Origin: Octopus vulgaris
Lineage: Eukaryota
Direction: 5' to 3'
Assembly (NCBI GenBank): GCA_951406725.2
Contig: OX597815.1
Span: 88,288,001-88,352,000, forward strand
Length of the DNA stretch: 64,000 nt
Shown in pieces: positions 1 through 13,857 of this stretch (the stretch's first letter is position 1; each line of letters opens with the position of its first letter). The notes beneath the pieces are model-generated. The model made no database searches and had not been told where the DNA came from. It saw nothing but the letters and a program-made list of their open reading frames with translations. Both the position numbers and the translations under genes were made by a program.

Positions 1-1211
1 ACATAAAAACTACGAATTTATAGGGAAATGAGAATGAAACTGATGTTCATACTTTTTTCAAAACCTTTAACAATTAAAATAAACTGTACTGGTGTGAACT
101 TGACATTGGAAAAATAAAAAAAAGGAGATATGTCTTGTGAGGAACTTACAGGTGTTTGGGTTAAATTTGACACTTTGAATAAAAGGAAAAAATACAAAAT
201 TCCATCCAAAAATAAAACTTTTAAAAAATTGGAACACATCAACTAGGTTATGGCTGAAAGAAGATAAGGGTTTACTCAAAGTAGCTTCTCTCAACTTCCA
301 CCATGATATCAAGAATGGCTTTGGAACCTGGTGCATACATTTCTCACTGTGTCCCTGGGAAAATTTTGGTGTTGCAGGCAGAGTGGTTGGTGTTTTTGCT
401 ATAGATTGCTTGGAGGTTGGTAAAATGGAAATATATTTCTTTCAAATTAACTCCCTTCAGGTAATTACATAGAGACCATCAGTTGATTACTGTAAGTTGA
501 GGAAGTCAGACAAATATGCATCTATTTATATAAGAATTCTTTAACTGAAGCAAAACTCATGAACATTTGGCTGAAATATTTATTGCTGGTCATTGGGATA
601 CTTGGTGTCGACTATTTACAATTAATAACATTAATAATTACAGACTAGGAGAGAGACAATTGCTCTGAAATTACAGAAAGATATATGTGTGATGGCATGC
701 AGTCAGCCCAAAATATACGTCAACTATGCTAACACCTGTGGTGACAGTGGTCCTTGTTTGTCTGCCTTTGGCTGTCTGTGTAAATGTCTGGAACCATCTA
801 ATATGTTTCCTTACTTAGTTGCTTCACCTGAGCTATATTTCTGCTCTTCATGGTGTTGGCTGTCCCTAAGTTTTTATTATACCAGTAGCTTATTCAGCTT
901 GATGGGAGCTTGTGTTTATCTCCCTCTTTTGAAGAATATCCCATTCCCTATTTTGTTGTAGTTCCAAATTTTTATAATAAAATGTTAAACCTAATGAAAT
1001 GGAAATGCACCTTTTAGTTTATTTGAAGCATTTTTAAATGAATATAAAAAGTCCCCAAACTACCCTAATGCTGAATAAAGATAAGAATAAATTTATTCAG
1101 AATTTTGGCCCCAACTGTAAGATATTTCAATGATTAGTATTATATTTAATGAAGCAGTATCAAACAGGATTTTATTAATTGTAAGAATTTTTTTTTTTAT
1201 ATATATAACAG

Positions 1212-1355
1212 CCCTTCGAAACCACATGCAAAAGCTTATAAATATGACACGGGGTCTGACATGAATCAGAATTTGGCCTACATTGGTGCATTACCATTCA
1301 CTGGCATTCAACAAGTGCGTATACACTGGTTGTTAGATCTTGTGCAAGTTACAAA
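1212..1355 (+). CDS. IDUA: Alpha-L-iduronidase (GH39), first exon in window (equivalent to human exon 2); upstream exon lies outside the window
   Basis: cag|...|gtgagt; translates PSKPHAKAYKYDTGSDMNQNLAYIGALPFTGIQQVRIHWLLDLV, matching human IDUA [28 protein letters not shown]. Confidence 0.93.
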
Positions 1356-2051
1356 GTGAGTTGAATTTTTATTATTGTCTTACATATATTTTTAATTTGT
1401 TTGCATCTATTTACTAATTTTTAAAAATTTAGAATTGTTTATATCAGAAGAGGAAAGGCCCATGCCCCTTTTCATGGCCCCCATCACTGGTGGAAGGAAA
1501 GTATTCTCAATCTGGAGATTGAGATGTTTTCAGTAGAATAGGCTCTGTTAAAGTTGCCCAAGGTATTTTGTAACCAGGCTATGGATTAAGTCCACCACCC
1601 AAGAACCATACACAAGGAAGAACAATATCTTAAAAGCCTTCTACTTAGTTTCTATCTTCCAAATTTCTCATTCAAGGCTTTGGTAGACCTGAGGCTGTGG
1701 AGAAAACTCTTGCTCAAGATGTTGCAGAGTAGGATTCAGCCTGAAACAACCAAGTTGTAAAGTGAACCTTTTAATCATGTAGATCAATATGCAACAAAAT
1801 CTAACATAGGGTTTTTATAAGTTTTCTTTAAATATTACCCATAACTATCTAGCTTTCAAATAGAATTCATTCCTCTTTCACAGTTGACTGGTTAACAGTA
1901 AGAACAGCAAACGTCAGATTTTCAAAACCCTTTCTATCCACGTTAACAATGGGAACTATATGCAGGTAAAATGGTTGAGTGGATGTGGTATTGATTTAAC
2001 AGTTCATCATGTTCTCTGCATTTATTTGAAATGGTCGTATATTTAACTGTA

Positions 2052-3290
2052 TAAGATGTGTTCATTAAAGATTTCTCCTGACCCACTTTCCAAGAAGTGG
2101 GATAAATGAAACTTGACATAATTATTAGTCCTTCTATACATAGCCATCACCAATGGTGACACACTTCTTCCATTGCTTAATGCAGCTGTGAAGACTTTGT
2201 CTGTAGAAGTCAGTAGGTTGCGCTTGGAGCCAAGACTTTACCTCAGAAATAAGTTCATCATCATCTGAAAATGCTTCCCCTTCAAAAAAGACTTCATGGT
2301 TGGAAAGGGGTGGAAGTCAGAGGTGTGAGGTTGGGAGAGTAAGGGGAATGAGGAAGGATTTCATAGCCACAGAAGTGTGCTTTCATCAGGGTAACATGTG
2401 CATTGTGAACTGGGGCGTTGTCTTGGAGGAGGTGGACTCCTTTGGTCAGCATTCCACGCCTCTCTGCTTTGACAGCATCCCGCAATTTCTGCAGCAGAGA
2501 AGCATAAAAAATCCATCACCACTACTTCAGAAAATCCATCATCACTACTCTGCACTGGTCCCAAAAGACTGTGAGCATCACCTTGCCATTTGAGGGTTGG
2601 ACACGAGCCTTCTTTGGAGGTGGTGAGTTATGTTTCCATTGCTTTGACTCAGGATTATAGTGATGGACCCATGTTTCATCCTGTGTGATAAGTCTGCTAA
2701 AAAATGTCCTCCCTGTTTTCTTGGCACCTTGCCGAAAAAGCCAGAAGCAGCTGACTCGTTCCTGCTTCTGAAAAGGTGTGAGCATCTGGGGAATCCATCG
2801 TGTAGACAACTTCTGCATGTGCAAATGGTAGTGAATGATTTTTTTTCCATGGATCCTACACTTACCTTCACTTCTTGGGCTAGTTGCCAAATAGTTATGT
2901 AGCGATCCTCCAAAATGGCAGCTTCCACTTTATGGATGGTGTTATCATCAATGGTGGAATGTGGATGTCCAGGAATAGGAGAAGTTTTTATCTATGTCTG
3001 ACCATATTTGAACTGGCAATGCCAGAGCTTGACTGCATTGTATGATGGTGCATCATTACCATAAACTTCTTTCATCTCTCATCGAAAGTCTCTTTTGGTG
3101 TATGACTTTCAAGTATAAGAACCTGATCACTGATCTGCATTCAACTGCTTCCATAATAGCACCTTAGTCCATTTCAGCTGCCATAAAAGACAAACAAATA
3201 CTAGAGACATATATGATTATACCTGTACAAGTTCCATTTCCTGCAATAACTGAAAGTGGATCTGGGGAAATCTTTAATGAACACCCCTCG
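2052..3290 (-). mobile_element. Full-length decayed mariner (Tc1/mariner) transposon in IDUA intron
   Basis: Imperfect TIRs (gtgttcattaaagattt...ccactttc / gaaagtgga...aaatctttaatgaacac) with TA on both sides. Frameshifted transposase at about 3154-2125 with ITQDETWVHHY, GKVMLTVFWD, LLQDNAPVH and HSPYSPNL. Confidence 0.92.
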
Positions 3291-4000
3291 TATATATATA
3301 TATCTTACAGAGATGTACTTGCATAGCAAGTGACCTGATCTGAGATCGTGTGCTGAAACATAAACAAAAGGCTGCAATTGTATATATATATATATGTATG
3401 TATGTTTACCTAGCTGGGAGTGTTATCAAACTTAGATAAGCATTTTGTATAGGGTCATTTGTTTCAGATTGAGGAACCAGAGTTAAGCACTGACCCTTAG
3501 TTTCATATGTATTTTTTACAATATGGAAAAAAAAAAGCATTAATATTTTGTTATATTGCTCTAATTGAATTTTATGTTCTGATTAAGTATCGAACTAAGT
3601 TTAGTGACTCTGCTTTATTTCGTGCATTCACCTCATGTCCTTTTAAACTTTTGACTACCTTCTAATTTGCATACTGGTTTGTTTCGTAAGAGGCGTGATA
3701 CTTTTTGCATGTGGATCTTTAGGTTCTGCTTTTTTTTAAAAATCAGCATGTATTTTTGAGTATATATTGCATTGTATTTACTCACATATTGACTCCGTTA
3801 TTGGCTTGCATTCGAGTAATGTAATCCAACTTAATAATTCTGTATTAGAACATAACATATTTTAAACATAAAACAATGGATGTATAAACAGTAAAAAAAT
3901 TATCCACCTATTGTAGGAATCAGTATATATTTACTGAAGACAATATGTATTGGTAAATACTATTTTTCATTAATTGGCTTATATGCAAAATTTTTTTCAG

Positions 4001-4185
4001 ACAACATCCACTACAATATGATTTCCATTGGCTTGATCAACTCATTGATAAGCTATATAAAAATGGATTAAAACCTGGGTTTGAGCTAATGGGTAGTTTG
4101 TCAAATTTTTTTACTGATTTTGAAAATAAAACTCAAGTGGTTTTCTGGCGTGATCTTGTGAAAGCTACAGCTGAAAGATACATAA
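4001..4185 (+). CDS. IDUA: IDUA exon
   Basis: ttttcag|...|gtaagt; [48 protein letters not shown] (human [21 protein letters not shown]); phases 2/1 fit neighbours. Confidence 0.94.
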
Positions 4186-4349
4186 GTAAGTACTAGTTAT
4201 GTTTTTTTACACAAATTTAAGACAATAAATTCATTAAGAAAAGAAATGAGATTGGAAAGAGAAGTCATGTTTTCTTCAAAGCCATTGGTTGCTTAAGTGA
4301 AGTGAATTGTTTTCAACCAGGAATTGGGAGCTTGATTACAGTCTCAGCT

Positions 4350-4461
4350 CACCTGAGGATGATTGTTAGTCAAAAATCACCTAAGGATGATTGCTAGTCA
4401 AAAATCACCTAAGGATGATTGTTAGTCAAAAATCACCTAAGGATGATTGCTAGTCAAAAAT
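4350..4461. repeat. 28-bp minisatellite x4
   Basis: cacctaaggatgattg(t/c)tagtcaaaaat, with T/C variants alternating. Confidence 0.92.
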
Positions 4462-6062
4462 CCAATAGTGCTGTAATTTGCCAATTAAATTATTGAATTT
4501 AATTAGTAAATTACTGTAAGAAAGTGTCAACAGAAGAGCATCAACGAATCATGATGTGGCCCAGCTCCCTTAGAGTGTCAGAAGTTAAGGGCTGAAATAC
4601 TTGCTTGAGATGGGGTTTCTTCTCTGAAGCCCTTCTGCTGGTACTCATTTTATCGACCCAGTGGAATTTGAACTCAGAATGTAATGACAGATGAACTGCT
4701 GCTTAGCATTTTGCCTGGTGTACTCACAACTCTACCAGCTCACCACCTTATAGGCTACTCTAATATGACAACTCAGTAATTATTTTCTATTGTTGTACAT
4801 TAATGGTTGTTAGGAACACAGTTATAGAGGAAATATTTACACTTAGATACACTTACTTGGGGGAAGATTTATGTAAAATGCCTTGAAATATGAATAACAT
4901 TGTAGGGAGTGATATAGGAGACATAATCATGCATAACTTCAGAGTTAATTTGGAAGAATTTGTGATGGAACAAAAACCATGGAACTAAAACCAAACAATA
5001 ACACTGAAGAACTTTTCATAATCTATGACTAAAACAAGGGAGTTTATCCATAATCGTCATCACCATTTTATACTGGCATGGGTTAGATGGTTTGACAGGG
5101 GTTGGCAAGCTGGAGAGCTGCCCAGGCTCCAGTTGTTTGTTTTGACATGGTTTCTACAGCTTGATGCACTTCCTAACACCAACCACTTTACAGAGTGTAC
5201 TGGGTGCTTTTTATGTGCCACTATCCTTGAATGTTTTTATGTGGCACTGGTCCAGGTGTTTGTAGTGTAGACTCCATATATACATGCATGTGAACGTAGT
5301 AGGGACCAACTGGCCTTTGGTCGCTGTTTGGATTCCATTGTGTCCACTGCTCTGGTTGGTTGGTTTTAGCACAGTTTGTCTCCTCCTCTGTTGTACCAAC
5401 TGACCATGGATAGCCAGTCAGAGATGGGATCACATGAACAACCTCTTTTAAACCCTTTCTGAGCCGACTGCTCCTTATAAAAACTCAGCTTTTTTCTTAT
5501 TACATGTCTTTGGTTCCTGACCTTTTAAGGTCAAGTCACTGGTTATGTGGACACAACCAGTTCCAGTGCCGCTGCCACACAATACGCTCACACATCCTGT
5601 ACCCACATACACATTCTTCTCACAACAGCCTGTCTATTATTCTGTATATATGACGCACACACAGACACACGTTATTATATCAATAAATCTTCTCTTAATC
5701 ATTCTATGCAGTTGTGTCTCCATATTCTCTCTGGCACTTATATGTACTATTCAATATATATTTATTGTATCGACTGTGTGATGTACTAAAGAGCTATTCT
5801 CGTCCCCATGCATACGTGGTCCTTACATGCTTTTCTTGTGACACTGGCATGGGTGGTTCTTACGTAGCATAGATACTTTTGTTAGTACACTAGCACTAAC
5901 AAATTTTATTAACACAAAGGTTGTTTTCTACATTAAAAACTATTTTCTGAGTGTGAGGTTATTTCTTCATCTTGTTTAGTAGAAATAACACTTTTACTTT
6001 TTACAGATTTTTCATTTTTTCTTTTCTTTTAATAAGAAATATTATATGATTTTTGTATTGGT

Positions 6063-6506
6063 CAGTGGTTCCAAACTATTTACCATCACAACCCATTGTG
6101 GTAAATCAGCAATCCTCCATAGTGGATTTTAATATTTACATATAAATTTTAAAAAATTTAGATAAAAAACAGTTTTCAAAAACGTTTATGAATTTGTTAA
6201 AATAAGGACAATAATAATGAGTGGAGAACGAATATATAGTGCATGTGTTTATTTGGCAAGAAAAAAAAAAGTGACCATCCTGAAACATAACAATAATTTT
6301 CCCAAATTCTATTAAAGATTAACATGTAATACTTTTCTTGGGGAAATATTTCTGAGCTTTTGTTTGCAGCTAAAATTGTGTTGTAGACCTTGTATAACAA
6401 AGACATTTTACACTTTATCAAATATTTCAAAAGTAAATGGTTTTATTTTTGCAACTGTTATACTGCATTCCAATTTGGGCTGCAACTCATAAATGGAGAA
6501 CTACTG
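6063..6506. mobile_element. Possible old hAT-type MITE
   Basis: Degenerate ends cagtggttcc...gagaactactg. Confidence 0.35.
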
Positions 6507-6748
6507 TAGTAAACCCTGAGAAAATCAACTCTGCAGTTTAGATTTGATTGTTGGTCATTACTGTTTCCCTCACCTTTCTAATTAATGCCATTAAGAAAAT
6601 ATGAACATCACAACTTCCGTTCTAGCTTTTTCTGAAATCACATGGTATCTGTGATGACAGAACACTAAGCAGCTGACTTTATTTATCTTACTATTATTGC
6701 ATAGGGTAAATAAATATTTGTCTTTTTTTGTCTGTGACTTTATACTAG

Positions 6749-6844
6749 AGAAATATGGAATAGACTATGTGAGACGTTGGAATTTTGAGACTTGGAATGA
6801 ACCAGATTGTCATGATTTTGATGCTGTGAATATGACAGTAAAAG
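6749..6844 (+). CDS. IDUA: IDUA exon with catalytic acid/base Glu (WNEP)
   Basis: tag|...|gtttgt; KYGIDYVRRWNFETWNEPDCHDFDAVNMTVKG; 96 nt, as recalled for human exon 5. Confidence 0.95.
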
Positions 6845-6975
6845 GTTTGTGGAGTTTTAAATACATAATCTTGATTTATTTAAAACAACTTTTGTAAAAT
6901 TGATGAATGTTTTGTGAGATTGTAATTCTTCAAAGAATTAAGAAACACATGAATGGATCTGAAGAGAGATCTCTC

Positions 6976-7438
<463 letters not shown>

Positions 7439-7526
7439 TATGACTTAATCATGCAATGCAAATGTTAATTTTATTGTGGACAAATGACAAGAATACGATT
7501 TCAATTATTTTAATTTTCTCTTTCAG

Positions 7527-7741
7527 GATTTCTCAATTATTATGATGCTTCTTCAGAAGGACTAAGAGCAGCTGACAAAAGGTTGATATTTGGTGGACCT
7601 GGTGATGGATGTTTTTATAAGAAGCATCATAAAGGACACAAGAAATATGCAATTGGTCTTTTAGATCATGTGGTTCATGGCACCAACCTTTTTACGGGAA
7701 ACAGGGAAACACGCATTGATTTTATTTCTTGGCATCTAAAG
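7527..7741 (+). CDS. IDUA: IDUA exon
   Basis: tttcag|...|gtattt; GFLNYYDASSEGLRAADKRLIFGGPGDG...HGTNLFTGNRETRIDFISWHLK. Confidence 0.94.
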
Positions 7742-8383
7742 GTATTTCCTGTCACTAGGCTTTTCCTGATAGTTTATTACTTAATGGATTATTCTGCAAA
7801 ATTCTCATGTTTGCTTTGGCTAAGAACTTAGTAAAATTGATTATTTGATGCATGCAAGCATATTTAAGTCTTGGCTGAAACAATCAAGTGAGTGAGTGAA
7901 TGAGAGAGAGAGAGAGAGAGAGAGAGAGTACTAAATTAGCAATTAAAGTATTAGCAATTTGATTCTTACTGCAGTCCCATTGGCTCCTGTATAGCTGGGT
8001 TTTGTGCTCTTTTGCTCAAGCATCAATGTTCACACCTCTAAGAGGTTTTGATGATAAATCTTCAATGAAAGTTAGAGAAAAGACTGAAAAGTATATGAAT
8101 TAATATATTTACTCCATATTAACATACTTAGATTTGTGGTGAATGAATTTTAGAGGTAAAAACCTGAAATGAATATTCTCTAATTGTTGATCTCATGCAT
8201 TCTCTTTTAGATTCAAAATTCTCTGTGGTGGTTTGCCAAAATATATTTTGATCCATAGGTTTCATGTTGTTAGGATATATATTATGGGACACACTCACAT
8301 GCCAGCATGGAAAATGAACATTAGATAATGATGATATATATGCAGACATATCATGTAATTCTAAAATATCTTTTTGACCCAAG

Positions 8384-8484
8384 GGAGATGGAATGGCAAA
8401 TCGTATTCTTAAACTTGAAAAACGTCTTTCTGAAGAAATTTATACCAAATATCCATCCTTACGATCAAAACCTTTCTATAATGA
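8384..8484 (+). CDS. IDUA: IDUA exon
   Basis: aag|...|gtgagt; GDGMANRILKLEKRLSEEIYTKYPSLRSKPFYN(D), homologous to human GARSSISILEQEK...TPIYND. Confidence 0.88.
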
Positions 8485-9749
8485 GTGAGTAATTTTGTTT
8501 TCTGTTTTTCATCTATATTTTCTAATCACTGTTCACTGTTTTGAGGGAGCAGGCAGTTTTAAATATTTATATCCTAACCAAGATATGATGGGGTATGTAG
8601 TCAGCAGTTTGTATCTTTAGTTGACAGTAAAGTGCTTCATATTCCATGCGAAAGACAAACTGTATAAAAAGTGTGTAAGTCATATGATTCTGACTGTGAA
8701 ACATGGGTGTTGAATGTGAAAAATAGGTAGGAGCTTGGTAATTGGCAGAGTCAGGTTATGAATGGACAAAATCAAGAGGCAAATTAGCAGTATCTTATAA
8801 AATACCTTGCAGTATTTGTTTTGACTCTGCTCTGAGTTCAAATTTACCTGTCATCCTTTTGGGGTTGATAAAAAAAGTACAAATCCAGTATGGTTAATCT
8901 GTAGTATTTCTTGCATTCTGAATTCAAATCTTGCTATGGTCTATTTGAGTGGAAGACTCAGTCCATTGCCTGGTTTAGCACCACTACCTGCCACCTTGGG
9001 TACCTTTAGTAGAATCCACTATCAGCATTCTTTCGGTTAAAGTATTATATATGTCAAAATGAACAGCTGATTGTTTGGCAATTTCCATAAAGAATTTTTA
9101 TCTATTTACTTTTGTTTTCATGTCCTGTTGAAGCTGACATTTGCCTTTCAAGTCTGTGAGGGAAGTGAAAAGTGAAACACATGCTTGTATGTGCTCACAT
9201 GTGCGTGCGCGCATGCACACACACACACACATTATCGTTCATATACATGTACATACATAAATATATATATACATACATCTTTCTTGTATGTATGTGTATA
9301 TATGTTTGTATGTATGTATGTATATGTATTTGTGTGTATGTATTTATGTGTATGTGTTTATGTATGTGCATATGTAAGTATATACATGTATGTGAATGTG
9401 TATGTACCTTCTGTATGAGTCAGTAGCTGGGGATCATTTCTCACTCATGTCACCATTTTGTAGTTGGTTAATGTGCCTTGCAAGAGGATAGCTGAGTTTT
9501 TAGATTATTTGTCTCATTCCTTTTTGACTGTGTCTCAAGGCAAAGGAACTGAACACCTCTCAGTGACTCTGGAGAAATAAGCACCTGCAGTATATAGGAT
9601 TCCTAAGAAATTATGTAAAACTGAAATAACTGTGTGGATATGCTGTACTATCAGCTCATAGATTTTGAGCTCAAGTCCATTGCTTGTATTTCATTGTAAA
9701 TTTGAACTAGAGATGAAACTGTATATATATATATGGTTTTTATATTTGC

Positions 9750-10300
9750 TGAATCTGGTGAAAGGGGCTGTACCCATGACTGCTGTAAGCCCTCCAAGAA
9801 CAGTGAAGTTGATGCTGTTGATGTTCTTTAAACTGTTGCAGTTCAACACCTGCAAGAAAGACATAAGCAGGGAAGAGAGTCAAAGAACCAATGTTTTAGG
9901 GAGAAAAGATTAGGTATAGTGGTTAGCGCAAATCCAGTGGGATTAGATGCAACAAGTGTAACAAGAAGTAGAAAGATATGTGGGTTGGAGATGCTTGAGT
10001 GAAGGTGGTATAAAACCAGCCATCTGTGAGGAGCAGAGACCATTATAGTAGTAGTAAAGCAAGAATCATGGGTATCACAATAAGCAACAAATATGTTAGG
10101 GTAACATTGACACTATCAGTGAAGCATGTGTACATCCTCAATATAAAAAAATACAATTCCAAGAATTTGCTCATTTTTCTGAAAATAGAATCTTGATGAT
10201 AAAAACTGTTCTTTGATAAAAGAAGACTGGTTGAGTAGAAATAATGATGGACAACAAAGATTATTTTGGAGCTTGAATCCAAATACTTGTATGAGTGTTT
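9750..10300 (-). mobile_element. Highly decayed 3' fragment of a CR1/Jockey-like LINE
   Basis: Minus-strand peptide FLLYYYYNGLCSSQMAGFIPP...SFLPKT resembles LINE ORF2 C-termini. Confidence 0.35.
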
Positions 10301-10766
10301 AGGTGTGAAATTAGGCCTTTATTTTCTCTTAATTCTACACTTGCTTTTTAGTTAGGAATTGGTAGTTGTCTTCTAAGAAGAAGAATTATTAGTAATATAA
10401 AAATGGAGCCCAAAACTGTCAACCATTTAGCCCATAGACTGGTTCCCTATTGGTCTGGACTGCTGCAACTACTGTCAAGTGAAAGACCAATGACAATTAT
10501 ATATGTTGAGTTTGTTTCTGTTTGTCCATCCCTCTCCTTAAATGCAGTCTTGCCTGATTTAAATTTAAAATGTTACTAATAAGAGTTACGCAGCTTCTGA
10601 AGATTTGACCATAGAATCTACCAATAATTTTTCCTTATATAATATGGTTTTCATTGTTAATGAAATAGATGTAAGATAATGTAACAAAAATATTATGAAC
10701 TAACTCTCCTGTTTTGATTTGCTATATATATTTGTGTGTATGTACATATATATATGTATATATGCA

Positions 10767-10823
<57 letters not shown>

Positions 10824-10953
10824 GTACGTATATATATATATATACATATATATATTTATATATACATACATACACACATATACATATATATATATTTATA
10901 TATACATACATACACACACATATATATAAATATATTGTTTACTTGATTGTTAG

Positions 10954-11032
10954 TGAGGGTGATCCTCTGGTTGGTTGGAGCAAACCTCGGTTATGGCGAG
11001 CTGATGTTACATATGCAGCTTTGGTGGTGAAG
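10954..11032 (+). CDS. IDUA: IDUA exon with catalytic nucleophile Glu ([10 protein letters not shown])
   Basis: tag|...|gtaagt; (D)[26 protein letters not shown] versus human [27 protein letters not shown]. Confidence 0.95.
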
Positions 11033-11097
11033 GTAAGTTCATTTAAATATACGTATGTACATACATACATACATACATACATATGTATGTGTGTGTG

Positions 11098-11143
<46 letters not shown>

Positions 11144-11145
11144 TA

Positions 11146-11361
11146 CAGTAATCCCTTGACTATCATGGGATTTCTATCATGGTGTAATAGGTGAAAATCC
11201 ATGAAGTAGAAACAGTACTCTACTGTATATTTAAAAAAATTATTTTTATAATCTGTATATATCTATTTTATTATAAATGCAAAACAACACCAAAGAGGAA
11301 TTGAGGTAAGCTTGAATAATAAACTGTGATAGGTGAACCGCAATATGGTGAGGGACTACGG
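11146..11361. mobile_element. pogo/Tigger-like MITE
   Basis: TA|cagtaatccct...agggactacgg imperfect TIRs. Confidence 0.5.
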
Positions 11362-11445
11362 TGGGGTTTTGGAACAGTTTTATATTTAGCTTTAATCATA
11401 ACAAGGTTTTTATAATAATTGTTCACTCCGAATTAGTTACATTAT

Positions 11446-11710
11446 TAGTTAAGTTAAGTTCAATCGAGTTTGTTTTATTTTGGAGAGAGTAGAATATAAA
11501 AGCTTTCACTTTTATGTTAATAACTATGGAAGACTGGTGGAAATATTATCTGTATGGACTTCAAGGGCGTGGTCGCTATATTCACTTAGTGATATTATTA
11601 GTTAAGTTCAATCCAGTTTGTTTCGTTTTGGAGAGAGTAGAATATAAAAGCTTTCACTTTTATAATAATAACTATGGAAGACTGGTGGGAATATTATCTG
11701 TATGGACTTC
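11446..11710. repeat. About 150-bp local tandem duplication
   Basis: gttaagttcaatc..gtttg..ttttggagagagtagaatataaaagctttcacttttat..ggacttc occurs twice (about 11450 and 11600). Confidence 0.8.
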
Positions 11711-12064
11711 TTGGGCTTGGTTGCTATTTAGTTTGATAATTTAGGAGTTAATTATAGGTTTACTTATTGAATTTATTTATCCATACTGTTGTACATAGGG
11801 TGTATGTGTTTCTTTGGTGTAGTTTAATTAATAATGTTAGTGTTTTATCCTTCCTAGAATTAAGATTGAATGGTTGTGGTGATATCCAAGGTATGTTTGT
11901 TCTCAAACAATACTTATTTTAGTGCTGTTGACACTGCCGGATTGAATGGTACTACCCAGGTGTCGAAACAATAGCGACATCCATGGGACAGCTCATGATA
12001 GAGGTATGTTGGATTGTTCATATGGCTGTTATTATATGGGCGGAATTATTTTATAACACATCCA

Positions 12065-12108
<44 letters not shown>

Positions 12109-12109
12109 G

Positions 12110-13222
12110 TTGTTTAACAACCACTTTCCATGCTGGCATGGGTTGGATGGTTTGACTGAGGGCTGGCAAGCCAGAAGGCTCTAATCTGATCTGGCAATGT
12201 TTTTACAGCTGGATGCCCTTCCTAACGCCAATCACTCTGAGAGTGTAGTGGGTGCTTTTTACATGCCACCAGCACGAGGGCCAGTTAGGCAGTATTGTAA
12301 TTGGCCACACTTGAATGGTGCTTTTTATGTGCCACTGGCATGGGAGCCAGTCAGGTGGCACTAGTAATGACCACGCTCAAATGGTGCTTTTTATGTGCCA
12401 CCGACACTGGCATCAACCACGCTTGAATGGTACTTTTAACATGCCACTGGCACAGGTGCCAATCAGGTGGTACTGTCGTTGGCCATGACAACAACTCCAC
12501 TTGCCTCAACATGTCTTCACAAACGCAGTTTATTGCGCAATGATTGAAGGGTACTCTTAAATGGGCTGGTTATAATGCACAGGCATAGGCCACGGTTACA
12601 GTCACATTTGGCTTGCCAAGTCTTCTCAAGCACAGCATATCTCTAAAAGTCTTGGTCACTTGTTGTTGCCTCGGTGAGGCCCAGTGTTCAAAGGTCGTGC
12701 TTCACCACCTCATCCCAGGTCTTCCTGGGTGTACCTCTTCCACAGGTTTCCTCTACTGCAAGGGTGTGACACTTTTTCACACAGTTGTCCTCATCCATAC
12801 ACAACACGTGACCATATCAGTGCAGTTGTCTCTCTTGCACACCACATCTGATGCATCTTACGTTCAACTTTTCTCTCAGGGCACTTACACTCTGTCGTGT
12901 ATGCACACTGGCATTACACATCCAGCGGAGCATACTAGCTTCATTCCTTGCAAGCTTATGCATGTCCCACTGCCATGTAGCATGGCTGTTTGCACACATG
13001 CATCATACAGTCTACCTTATACTCTGAGCGAGAGGCCTTTGTCACCAGCAGTGGTAGGAGCTCTCTGAACTTTGCCTAGGCTATTCTTATTCTAGCAGCT
13101 ACACTCTCTGAGTAACCACCCCTGTGACTGACATGGTCACCTAGGTAATGGAAGCTATCATCTACTTGTAGTTTTTTTCCCTGGAATGTGACAGAAGCTG
13201 TTTTCTGCACATTTTCAATGAT
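12110..13222 (-). mobile_element. 5'-truncated RTE LINE (3' end of ORF, 60-bp repeat 3'UTR, tail)
   Basis: ARNEASMLRWMCNASVHTRQSVSALREKL; homologous to 24630-26190. Confidence 0.88.
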
Positions 13223-13857
13223 ATATGTATATATTGTAAAGGTAATAAACATTCAAAAAGAACAATACAGGAAAAACATAGTTTGACAAATATGGTGTTA
13301 GTATTATGTTTCATGTTATGTATTATGTTAGTATTATGAGAGAGAGAGTGTATAATCGTGTGTATTAAAGAGAAATAAAATGGGGAAGAAAGCAGATGGT
13401 TGCTGTTCTTTAAGTAGATTTAAGAAGGGAGGAAGTGTAGGCCCATGTATAAGAATGTATCTGCATGCAGAAGTAGGTATAAAGGGAAGGGAGTTTTGTT
13501 TGTGTGTGTGTGTGTGTGTTTTAATGTGGTGCATGTTCGTGTATAGATGTGTAAAAGTGTGGAAGGATGGTGGTGTTGATTAGATGTTATCGCCAGAAAT
13601 TCAGGATATAATGTGTGAGATCTTATATAGTAAAGCAGTATTGGGAGCTCTGAGGAAGAGTTTTGAGGTTTAATCCACGATATTCACCAAAGATTATGAT
13701 GTCAATACTACCACCACTATTGCTGGTTCTATGATCATTGATTTTACACACATATTCATGAAATATTTCTATCATTGGTTTAATGCTTTTTGGACAATAT
13801 ATTAACGTTAGACCAGTATAATAGAGATATCTATGAAAGAATATCCTTGTATTAATT

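Noticed and set aside
3925-3960. CTGAAGA-CAATA/TATTG hammerhead-like half
   Set aside because: GAAA and stem III are absent; at most a deleted relic.
10693-11202. YIYIYI/CVCV ORFs (also 7110-7409, 9172-9426, 18199-18480, 43804-44070)
   Set aside because: Translations of (TA)n/(TG)n microsatellites; only the embedded IDUA exons are real.
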